Shown: piece by piece, positions 11,390-22,800 of the stretch
Layout of the letters: every line of letters begins with the position of its first letter
Position numbering within the stretch: the first letter of the stretch is position 1
Assembly: GCA_043228905.1 (NCBI GenBank)
Contig: JBHGNT010000002.1
Coordinates: 27,528,001 to 27,592,000 of the forward strand
Reading direction: 5' to 3'
Length of the DNA stretch: 64,000 nucleotides
DNA from: Azolla caroliniana
Taxonomy: Eukaryota; Plantae; Polypodiophyta
Program-made: the position numbers and the translations under genes
The notes under the pieces: generated by a model
The model's database searches: none
Told to the model about the DNA's origin: nothing
What the model saw: the letters and a program-made list of their open reading frames with translations, nothing else

Positions 11390-14300
11390 AAATATAACAA
11401 AAAGTAAAGCTATTAAATAGAGTAAAAAGGAAAAAAACAAACCAGAATTTAACGAGGTCCGACCAATTAAGCCTACATCCTCCAAAGCAGCCTGTTTTAT
11501 TGAAAGTGGGAGAAAAGAATACAAGATTGGGATCCAAAACTAAGAGGTAGAGGAGCTTATTTATAACTCCCAAACCACCTCCCCAAATCCCCCATTTCCA
11601 ATATGGGATAAAGGAATGGGCCAAAAAATCAACACTCTTGATATAAGATGGTAAAGGAGAATTTTTAGTACTCATTTGTTAGAAATGTTGTACAAATATA
11701 AAGAGATAAATCACACCCTTTACGCACATGTAACAACATGCTCTTGTCGTAAGAGAATTTATAATGCTCATGCGTAAGAACTTCAATGTACACATGCAGA
11801 GAAGTAAATATACATGTTCAACTCACATTCCCTGGTTGCCAATGATAGGGAAACCAAGAGAAACATGACAACTTGTGATAGTTGTATGGTTTCATACCTA
11901 TAATACAACACATTTGGAACATGTATAAGAGCAAACCTGGGTACTGAAAAAACTTACTATCATCCCCAAATATCGAGGGAAATATGTGATAATATGATAG
12001 AGTTGCCAATAAAAGACCTGCAGTTTGCAAATAAATTTTTATTGAAGAATGATTAAAACTGGAAGACACAAAAATCTGTGGGACAAAAACATCACAATCA
12101 AGTGTTTCGAAGCACAATAGACCTATACAATCGGGTAAAGATATGAGTCTTTAACCTTATTGAAACTGATGGAGTGGATTCTATATTCTGAATTCCCCCC
12201 TTGGGGGGATTTCATTTACTTTTTTTCATGATGTCCTCAAATGCCCATCAAGTCTTTGTTATTTCCTCAAATGCTATTGATCAAATCCAAAAGATGTGCT
12301 GGGGGATTCAGTGCATTAGTAGATGGGTATGAGAGGTGTTTCAAAATCTAGTGACGGAACATAAAGATTATAGAAATAAAATCTAAAGCCTAAATCCTGA
12401 TTCCCAACAGTATGAAAATAAAACCTAGATTAACAGGGAATCTGCGAACCTATGAAGAGCAACCTGAATACACCATAATCCTATGGAGAGGAAGCTTAAT
12501 CCACCCTCACTCTGTTAGCAACAGAAAACACAAAGCTCGAATCCTTGATCTAACTAGCTTTAAAGCAATCTCTTCTTGCCTTAAACCAAATCAAGCATTA
12601 ATTCATGTTGAAGGCAGTTGACAAAAAATTAAAATTAATGAAAACAAACAGAAATGCCAAAAATGCAAGACACGAGATAAGACCATGGCTCACTCTTCCA
12701 TTAATTGAGCTGCATAAGGAGCATCCCATGAGTTAAACAGGCATCATGGGTGACGGAACCTGTTGTATGTCTCCCAGACTTGCAGGCTTTGATGAGATTA
12801 GAGTATTCCCTAAGCTCTACTCTCAAAAGTGAGAGCCCTTACTTGCCATTCTATAGGTCTTTCTAGGCAATACATGAGTGATAGATACCTCATCGAGGAG
12901 GTGCCTCTTATCTATTGGTCCTCCCTTTTCTGCGACTTAAACTCAGGCCAAAGCCAATATTTATTCCCAAAACCTTTATAACATGAGTTACACTGTTACG
13001 TGCACAAATGTTTTTGGAACTGTGGACATACAGGCTTGGCCCACAATTAGTTAAACAGCAAGCTATTTGAGAAATCCCATTGTCAATTCATCCTCCTTTT
13101 TATTAATATATGTGCTATTATCAATCAATTATAAGGGAATTTGGGGAAGTACTGAAAAATCGGGCATGTTTAGGGAAGTCCGGAAGAGAATGTTCTATAC
13201 CTAGTGATACCCATGCAAATACATGTTGCCGATGATGTCCATAATCATCAACTGGTGATAGAACTGCTAACAAGGCACCTAACAAAGGATTGCAAACTAT
13301 AGGAAGATTTGCAACATATCCACAACCATTAAACAGTTGAAGCTTTTCGGCAAAATACAAGGAAAAAAACCCAAGACCTGCAGATGACTCTGCAATAACA
13401 ACGAAAACAAAAAATGGTCAAAAGAATGTAAGGCTAAATCGATTGGAACACATGAGAATGTAAGCTTAAAGCCAAGATGAAGAATGCATGATGAATGTCC
13501 ACTAGAGAAATTTCTGTGACCGTATTTTAAAACTGCCTGCTCACCCGTGCACATAATCTCCAAACTGGCATTGCTACATATTTAATTTCCTGTCACAAAA
13601 GCTTATAATTTTCTAAAATATTCATGATAAGTTCTTATAGAAGCATGTTTAAACCATGAAAAATATGAGGAAATGCATATGCCTAAAATAGTAACTTACA
13701 GCATTCCCATTCGGGAAACAGCGCCAAAAGAAATCAGGACGGGATAGCCTAGAGCATTTTTTACAGCATCTGTGAGTACTGCAGTAAAAGAAACTGCAAA
13801 AAGAAAGAAAATTAATGAAACACACTGACATTGTTTTGCTTAATCTATGTCCAAACAAAGATAAGCATTTTTTGCTATTCTTCTTAAGCATTCATATAAT
13901 AATAGACATGCATGTACTCTTACCAAGTGTTGTGTGATGTAAATCTGTTATATTCATAGTGTAAATAAAATAATTAACACCAAGGCAACCTGTAAAATAA
14001 GTAGATTAAGATGATTGAAATTTTTAGTATGAAAAATAATTCATATCTAACTGAAATAGGTGAAAGAACTTGAGCTTTTGAATGTTTACTTTATGGATGA
14101 TGTTCAGAATAGTTAATATTATGGAGTACTAAACCAGATATACATGAGACATAGAATAATATACATACATACATAGGTAAGTATGTATGTACATTCATAC
14201 ATACATACACACATACACATATACATACACACATACACATATACATACATACATACATACATACATACATACATACATACATACATACATACATACATAC

Positions 14301-14637
14301 ATACATACATACATACATACAGAAACTACAGACATAAATAGAATCCTGCATGAGAGAAGGAGGCCTACAGGCAATGCTGCATTGGAAATTGTGTTTGGCT
14401 TAAGAGGATACATGTAGTAATCTATCATGGTTTTGCCCACATAATGATAGAACGGGTTTATTTGATCCAAAATTGCATCTAATATAGCAAGACCAAATAT
14501 TGCAAGTCGATCAGAAAGATGAAAACAGCATAATTTGTACATCACCCCTCTTAACGTGCTTATTGTGGCTTCATCTCCAATGGTGTCTCCAAAAAACGTC
14601 TCCTCAATTATTTGGGGAATTCGGAATGCAAATCTTC
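11390..14637 (-). pseudogene. LPP: Lipid phosphate phosphatase (PAP2/LPP) pseudogene
   Basis: Minus-strand exons: 14369-14637 (..FHLSDRL..INPFYHYVGK..YPLKPNT), 13924-13989 (DLHHTTLG), ~13700-13793 (TAVLTDAVKNALG / frameshift / RPDFFWRCFPNG), 13488-13589 (CTGE..KYGHRNFSSGHSS), 13201-13389 (AGLGFFSLYFAEK..SPVDDYGHHRQHVFA) and 11958-12017 (GLLLATLSYYHIFP). Order and motifs follow plant LPP. Lesions: 1-nt deletion in GRPRP, TAG where W is expected at the exon junction after SGHSS, lost acceptor AGs, and catalytic substitutions (PSGH>SSGH; SRxxxxxHxxxD>SPxxxxxHxxxH). The 3' end coordinate is approximate. Confidence 0.85.
14161..14320. repeat. (ATAC)n microsatellite in an LPP intron
   Basis: Direct reading. 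Confidence 0.95.
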
Positions 14638-15084
14638 CTGAAACATTAGGCCTCAACGCTTAAGATCCTTAAAATGAAAATATCTTTATGATTTCACAAA
14701 ATGAATCAAGTGGAGGGCCAAGATGTTTTCTGCATTATATAAGAAAAGCCACATTGAAAACTTGATCTAACAAAGAAATATGATAAAGAAATGAGATTAT
14801 CCACATTCCAATCGTTACATAGATTAGTACAAAAGAATCTGTGCCTACAGAGAGGCTGAGACACTTTTTTCAAGGAACATAAATACATGAAATATGTGTT
14901 TCAGATGCACCATTTCCCATTTCACCATTTCTAGAAGTGTGAAACACCATTTATTTGCGTCAAAACGTGTTCCTGATTACAATTTGAATGACCCTTATTT
15001 CGTGTCCATTGCCTTTCCATATATTATACTGTCCTGTATTGTATCATGATGTTAATATACCATTTCATTTTTTTGGCGCGCTGC

Positions 15085-16540
15085 TTTTCATGAAATAAGA
15101 GGGAGATATCACTGCCTCTTCAAACAAGGCTTTGGCACAGTACTCAAGGTAATGAATGGACTATGAAGACCAGCATTGATTGGGACTGTTCTTGCTAGAA
15201 CCCAAGAGACATTGAGACTGTTCTTGCCGATTATATTGTGCTGATTTCTGACTCTCCGGAAGGACTACAAAGACATCTAAATGCCTTAAAACTATTTTGT
15301 ACGGACAAAGGTTTGTCAATCAACATGGATAAAACTAAAGTGATGGTGTTTAACACCACTCAAGCATGGGTAACAAGATCAGAACCGGGATTCCTCTTGG
15401 GAGAGAAAAAGGTGGAATACCCACGCTCCTACACATACCTAGGAGTAACATTTACAAGGCCTAGGTTCTCCTTACGGAAGGCTGCTTGTGCCCGACTTTC
15501 TTGTGGATATGCAGCCCTTGGTGCTCTCGAGAGACAATGTGCACATTTGCAGTTCCAAGAGCCACGAACCAAGTTGTGGTTATTTGATACACTTGTCACA
15601 GCAACTCTTCTCTATGGAGTAGAAATGTGGGAACCAAGTCTTAACAAGGCAAATCATTGGAACGATTTAGAGAGACCTTTAGTGTCAACGATTGTCCCCA
15701 TGATAAGGAGCAAAGCATTGGTGCCCCATGATATAATGCAGGCAGAGATGGGCGCAGCCCCTATAATCACCGAGGCATTGTTCCAATCAGTGACCTATAT
15801 CCAACGTCTTTGGGAGTTGCCTAAACGAAGGTACCCAAGGTTGGCACTTATGTCATCAAGACAACTGGCTTAAAATGGAGACGTTCATTGTTGTTGGTCT
15901 GCTGAAATGTAGCAATGGTTTGAGTCACATGGCATAAGGATCAATGCACTACCCCTGTTCCAATATAGCTTGGACTCTGACCAAAGTGGAAAAGAACAGA
16001 GTGATCTGAACTGATATTATTAATTTGGAAAACAAGATAGCATGGATCAATCCCACAATATCACTTGGTACGAAAATGGCCCACTGAAAGACACTTTTTA
16101 CACACATCGGAGGATGGATTCATCATCAGGCCACCTTATCTGGACATACATCTATCCTATGCACTACGCAGTGTGATAGGGCAGCTGTGAACTTCATCAC
16201 ATCAGTTAGAGATTGAGGTACGCAGATATACACAAATACCTCTAGAAGAAAGAATTTGTCAATTGTGTCATCAAGGAGTGGAATCCAAAGAACGCTATAT
16301 TTATCATTGTAGTGTCTTTTATGAAATTAGATGGAGATACTATTGCCTCTTTAAACAAGGCTTTGGCCCACTACGCAAGGTAATGGAATATGAGGACCAA
16401 CGGTGCCTAGGACGTTTCTTGCTAGAACTCAAGAGACATAGGGAAAAGTTGTTGAAGGACAATAGTACAACCACACAAACTCATCCATAAAGAACAATCA
16501 CAACTTTCTTTAGCCCCATTACTCTAAAAAGACGAGACAA
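15085..16540 (+). mobile_element. Decayed non-LTR retrotransposon (LINE; RT C-terminal half plus Cys-rich end), preceded by a second short 3' fragment of the same family
   Basis: ORF 15238-15873 (..LADYIVLISDSPEGLQRHL..INMDKTKVMVF..YTYLGV..LFDTLVTATLLYGVEMW) is RT domains 5-7 and thumb. In-frame stops follow, then RICQLCHQGVESKERYIYHC at ~16250-16490. 15085-15215 resembles 16318-16440. Confidence 0.85.
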
Positions 16541-17019
16541 CACTTAAGATGTAATCTCTTGCTTGGTCTTATAGGCCGTTTTGGCTTCTTAAAAGACGTT
16601 AATATATCTTTTTTCCCCAGGAGGCTGAATATGTTTGACTTTCACTTCAATATGCAAGCCCGGTATCTTTAAAAGATAATGTGCACGTATATTTAATTCC
16701 GAGAACTACGGATGAATTTTTGCTTGTTTGATACACTACTGACACCGACTCATCTCTACAAGGTGGAGGGTGGAAAGTTGCGGACCAAACCTTCAAAGGG
16801 AAAATAACTAGAGAGATTTGGAGCGGCTTTAGTCTCAATGATTGTACACATGGTAAGAAGAATAACATCAATGTCCCATTATATAATCTGGACTGAGATG
16901 AAATCAGCTAAGTTGTGCTTTGAGACACTGCTCCAATCAATGACTCATATCCAACAGATTTTAAATGGAATGCATCAAGATTGGCAGTTTTTCCATCAAA
17001 ACAGCTAGTAGAACGAAGA

Positions 17020-17785
17020 GGTTCTCATTGTTGATATTGTTGAAATGCAAGAATGGTGTCGATTACATGGCATAAAGATAAATGCACTATCGCCTTCCAA
17101 TATAGTTTGGGTTGTCCACTCTTAGACAGGACCTAATGGAAAAGAATAAAGTGATCTCACTTGCTATCATTAAATTAGAAATGAAAGAGTGTGGATCAGC
17201 CCCACAATGGTGGTTCATAAAGAGATGGCCCACTATAAGGTCATCGTTTACATTTTCCAAAGAATGTATTTAGGCCCTCTTCTATGGATACATGTACTCC
17301 ATAGTGTGATAGGACAGCTCAGGGACCCGTCAACTAAGTTGAAGATTGACAGATGCAGATATGCACACAAAGCTTTGTCGGAATGGATATGGAAACTGTG
17401 TCATTGGGTTATCAAACCAAGGAAACACTATGTTTCCATTGTTCTGCTTTTTAGGAAATAAGGAGAGGTGCCATCACTTTTTTGAACACACCTTCGGTTC
17501 ACCCCGCAAGGTATCGAATAAGAAGACTAGCAAGGTTCTTGTTAGAAATCAAGAGATGTACAAAGAAGTTGTTGAAGTACATAAATACAAGCACAACATT
17601 GTCAGCAAAGAACCATCACAACCTTGTTTAGCATCATCATCCCTCTTTCCATGCTACATTTCAATCTAAGGTTTTGACCACAAAATTTGGAAGGAGTTAC
17701 TATAGATTAGGCTGTATGGAGGACACTTTTGTATGGGCCATGGCCCTGTAACCCTTGTTATCAAAGCAAAACCATTATCATCTGA
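17020..17785 (+). mobile_element. Older decayed 3' fragment of the same LINE family
   Basis: Nucleotide similarity to 15885-16500 (GCAAGAATGGTG..CATGGCATAAAGATAAATGCACTA..; GTGATAGGACAGCT..; TGTGTCAT..; TTCTTGTTAGAAATCAAGAG), with many stops. Confidence 0.7.
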
Positions 17786-18269
17786 CACTGAGGTAATTCC
17801 CTTGATTTGGAGAACTCTCCATCTTGCATCTGCACATGCCAGAGATCTTTTGAAGGCAGAATTTTTAGTCCATCTAAGCTTGCAATGTTAAGTGCTGGAA
17901 TATTTGTACCTTGGGGAGTTTTACTAATCTAGTAATGTCTCAAATATGGGACAACATTTAAAATGTAATGTCTCCAATACGAGACAACATTTTAAAATGT
18001 AATGTCTTGTTTGGACTCGCAGGAAATTTTGAGCTCTTAAACGCTATTTTGGTTTGTTGCTTTCCAAGAACAGACAACATTAAGAAGGATGTCTTGTTTG
18101 GTCTCATAGGACATTTTGTATCTTGTTTTGCTTTCTCTTTTTGTTTTTTCAAATGAGGATCCTGGATCCTAGTGGTAAGCCATGTTTTTACTAATCTGGC
18201 CACCTGGGTCCAAATCTCACTACTCGCACTAGTTTATTAGATGCCACTGGAGAATGTAGTCAAAGTCAT

Positions 18270-18736
18270 ACAGAAGGACAAAAAGGCTGACATTCACATA
18301 ATCGGCAAGTATGCTAGTCGTGGTGGCTCCAATAGAAGGCTATACAAAAATTTTGAAAATGCAGGACAGTTTTTACAAACTAGGACAGCTGATTCAAACA
18401 CAACCAGAAGTCAATTAGCTAAGTATGTAAAAGCCGTAACCGAAAGACAAAAAGGCTCACATTCACATAATCGGCAAGTATGCTAGTGATGGTGGCTCCA
18501 GTAGAAGGCTATACAAAAAATTTCAAAAATGTAGGAGAGTTTTTACAAACTAAAACAGCTGGTTCAAACACAACCAGAAGCCAATTGACTAAAAGCTGTA
18601 CAGAAAGACAAAAAAGCTGGCATTCACATAATCTGCAACTATGCTAGTAGTGGTGGTTCCAATAGAGAAGGCTATACAAAAAATTTGAAAAATGTAGGAC
18701 AGTTTTTACAAACTACTGGTTCAAAAACAACCAGAC
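18270..18736. repeat. Three diverged tandem copies of a ~160-170-bp unit
   Basis: AGACAAAAAGGCT.ACATTCACATAATCGGCAAGTATGCTAGT..TGGTGGCTCCA.TAGAAGGCTATACAAAAA.. recurs at ~18270, ~18441 and ~18601. Confidence 0.85.
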
Positions 18737-20409
18737 AATGAATGTAAAGGGCAAAGCTAAGGTTATCGAGATCCTTCTGATTAGGCTTTTCTTTCCCTAG
18801 TGTTTTTGAGATGAGGTGCAAAATTGATGCAAGAAACCTGGCCACAGTGGGGTAGTTCCTTGCCCCCCAAACAGGAAGAATAAATAAATAATTTGGAATA
18901 ACCAAAGTATGCAACTAAAAATATGTAAGTCAAACCTAGTCTACTATATCTAAAAGCAACTACACTTAGCAACCACTTTATGTATGGCATGTGTAGAAGG
19001 ATTATTTAACATGGACATTCACAAAAACGTGAATCTATTAAAAGATGTCCATGTACTACACAAACACAACACATCAGTTTTACTTTGTACGATATCCTCT
19101 TGATATTGCTCTGATTTGGAATATTGAAAGGATGCTGAAGAGATGTTTTGACCAGCTGAAACGGAAAATATTACTATCAAAGAAGAGAAATAAGAACTGA
19201 TAAAGGTTGTCTATGTGATATTATGGTTTATGCCGTAAGTGAGAGAGGATGAAGACTTTGCAAACGAGTTGAAAATCAGATCACGGATCATATGCACACC
19301 AACACACGTCTGATGTCGTAAGAGGGCACGTTTTAGGATAGTACCATCACATGCTTTAACTTTTGTTTTGACGGGGTCAAGCTAGACCATGTTTTCTTGG
19401 GTGTCCTGCCATTCATTATAAAGAGAATTTCCTCTGTGCTTTCTTATATTCAACTCTTCTTGCACTTTTGAATGATTCATTAAATTATCCAATCTATCAG
19501 GCAAAGTAGATCGATCAATTTAGTATACCTGATTGACTTGCATAATTTAAAGATATTACACCATCTGATTGTAAAATCAACTTTAAGAGTGTGGTGAACA
19601 CAGTATAATTGAATCTTTGGAAACTCCAAAGTATAGACTAGAATTATATGAGCATAAACCTGCAATAACTTAACGAGAAGTATTAATTTTGTCAACCATT
19701 TTATGATGGAATGTGTCACATCTTCCTGAGATTTCATTATGAAAAGAAAGAACGGTATATTAGCATCTCCTAAGAGGCCAAAACGGTCTACAAGACCAAA
19801 CAAGAGATTGCATGTTAAATTGTTGTCTCGTATTTGAGACAACAAACCAAAATAGACATTTAACTACATAAAAAATAAATAAAAATGAAAGTGAGTAAAG
19901 AATCTTGTTCTCTATACATGTACGATTGTAATTTCTGTCTTCAAAATATCTCTAGCATAGGTGGGTCCACAATGGGGAGATCTCTGAAGAGAGGAAAGCA
20001 CTTGTACTGGCTGGAGATAATGGACTTATTTTGATGACAAGTATGATGGGACTGTGGTCCAGATCTCTGAAGTAAGGGAAGCACTTGCATTGACGTGAGA
20101 TAGTGGACTTATTTGTTTATGATAAGTGTGATAAGTAGTCATGAGTAGGAATGATGAGGCTAGAGAACGCAACGATTGTTCTTTGTTGATGAGATTATGT
20201 GGTTGTAACTTGTATTGTTGTCTTTCACGAAAATTTGCACAATAAGTTTACCTGGTGAAATATTGTCCTTAAATTTCTGAGAAAGCTTCTTTAGGGAGGA
20301 TGTCAAAGAGACTTTCCAATCACCCAAAACAGAAAATAGTACCATAAAATATAAGAAGCAGGAACCAAAAGAGATGTAAGAGTTAAAGTGCACAATGATA
20401 GTACAGTTC

Positions 20410-20940
20410 AAGTCATTATCTCATCCAGTGAGGATAGAGATCGGATGACATATACATATAGCTTTAGAGACAGCATGTGCCTGCTTTTCCATCAAGGAGT
20501 TGAATCTGAGGAGCATTATGTATATCATTATCCAGTCTATTATAAGATTACAGGAAGATATCACTGCCTCTTTAGAGAAGGATTTAGACCTTCCGTTGAA
20601 CGACAAAGTACAATGATAAAAATTGCTTAGCACTCTTCCCACCGGCAATAAGACAACAAAGAGGGCTTCTTGCGGGAAACGTTGACACTCAGTGACCCAC
20701 CTAGACAGAGGACTCTGACAGATTTCTTCTGCACAGATACTACTAGGAGTACATAATCACAACTCAAAGGAGTCACAACAACTAGAGCCGTATGTGTCTG
20801 ATACATTACTGCGCGCATACCATGCAAGAGCTCATACATTTCATATCTTTGTCTTTGTAAGGAATGGATAGTCCTCTGCTTGCCTGGTTTTGACTACCAT
20901 GACTTTTGTTTTCCCTCTATTCAGGTATAGGCCATTCTCT
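20410..20940 (+). mobile_element. Another decayed 3' fragment of the same LINE family
   Basis: The ORF remnant MCLLFHQGVESEEHYVYHYPVYYKITGRYHCLFREGF matches the element end at 16263-16490. Confidence 0.75.
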
Positions 20941-22439
20941 TTACAAAATCCTCAACAATGTGATGTACATGTTGAAGAATGTTAGCATCACTTGAGAAAG
21001 CATAACGTCATCCACATAGAGGAGTAGCAATATACACATATTTTCCCGAGGTTTGTCCCAAACTTTTCTCATTTTCTCTTGATGAAGTGGACTTGGGTAG
21101 GCAAATAAATAGAGCATGTGAGTGAACAGTTGATTTGCCCCACGATTGCTTCCAAGCTGACCAGAGAACCTGTGTGGCACACATTCATAAAGACATGCTA
21201 CTGCAGTTTAGTATTCTTTAGATATACCACGTTTTTGTCATATGTTCTCCAAGTCCAGTTCGTGGAACTATAGAAAATTGTTTTTTGAGACACAAGAATT
21301 GACAGTATCTTGCTGATAGCCTCTCTTCCATTATGACATGGATGGTAATAATATGATGATCTCTTATGGAGTGTTTCAGTTTGAAACCAGTTTGACCAAT
21401 GACTCCTTTATGGTAACTACCTGGCCATTTACTGATTTTCTTTCCCATGATGGTTGACATATAGTTGGTCAATCTATATAAAGCCAGCATAATCGCTGTT
21501 TTATGTGTCATATTCAAGTGGAATCAATCTAAACGCATTGTGATAACAAAATGCGCACGTGAAGGAAACAAAGAATACAAGGACATTAAATTCTTCAAGA
21601 TATTTGAAGGTAATTGCATGTTATCGACTCTGAAAGTCTCTTGGTTTATTAAGCAATTGTTTACAGAATTAAGGACAATGGCAAAGCAATATTCACAATC
21701 TATAAAGAGGAGCTCGATTTTTTCATGTGTAACGCAGATCAGTGTCTTCAAAGTAATATTAGATCTGAATCTATTTACACCGTTTGTTTAAATTCTTCAT
21801 TTCAGTCTTTTCCTTATTATATCTGCTATCTATTTTCAGATAACAACTCCCAGATTTTCTATTGCAGTAGGAGTATTCTCAATCTATAAAAGGAAGAGGT
21901 TGGTTTTGTCATATGTGATGCTCATTGCTCGTCAGTCTCTTCACATGCAATATCATTTCAGTCTGCTTATTATACCTACCTATGTATTTTCAAAGTTGCC
22001 TACTGATCTTGTCGAGACTAACAATCTCATTGTTTGATCACTAGCTACCTCCTTAGCGAAAAGTTGTGCTTATCATTTTGTTACTTATGCTTATCATTCT
22101 TTTCTTTTTCTGATGGTTCCTACCTAATCTATCCATCACTTATCTTGTCTGTTTTACCAGTTATGTTGATCAATCAACCAGATAGACCAACTACCACGTG
22201 AATCTCAATCGTTCAATGAAACTACATTCAGATTGATCACTTATTTTGATGTCTCTCAATTGACTGGCCACATATTATGTTGATTCTAATTAGCAATTTT
22301 GTCTCAAAGATAGAAAACGAGGGATTTCCATAACATGTCTGAAGATCATGGGCATTATGATCTTACAAGCCAATAAACAGAATGCCAAAAGCACATACAC
22401 TGGTCAGTTATCTTACCGCTTCTACTCTTGGACTGATTG

Positions 22440-22800
22440 TCAGACTATGTATTCATATTAATTGATCAACCGCGTATATTAGCGTGCATTGATCAATCAC
22501 ATACTTCGCGATTGGCCACATAGTAATGTCGATTTATTGACCCCATAATCATGATGCTTAATTAGCCACATTCATGATGATTGATCGGCCACATTTTATC
22601 ACTCATGAATCAACCTATATTTTAGTGAATGAATTCATTACATGTTTATGTGCATTGATGGACCACATATTTAAGTGAATGAATTATTCACATATGTATG
22701 TCAATTTATTGACCACATATTTGAGTGAATCAATTCCTCGTATTTTTATGTGGATGAATCGGTCTCATGCTATATGCAGATTGATTGATTTACTAAAAAA
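22440..22800. repeat. Degenerate minisatellite-like array (TTGACCACATATTT..GTGAATGAATT)
   Basis: Repeated GACCACATAT / ATTGATC / GTGAATGAATT submotifs. Confidence 0.5.

Noticed and set aside
12640-13000. LTR-like GC-richer block in an LPP intron (similar impressions at ~52050-52200 and ~56120-56320)
   Set aside because: No clear TG..CA boundaries, TSD or partner LTR could be established.
13201-16887. RNA editing rescuing the LPP stops (TAA>CAA, TAG>TGG)
   Set aside because: The lesions are of mixed types (indel, lost AG acceptors, catalytic substitutions) and plant C/U editing is organellar; ordinary pseudogenisation explains them.
21421-22432. Extra candidate exons at 21421-21473 and 22417-22432 for the upstream module
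   Set aside because: Including them breaks phase or introduces stops relative to the 23131-23221 exon; the chain is consistent without them.
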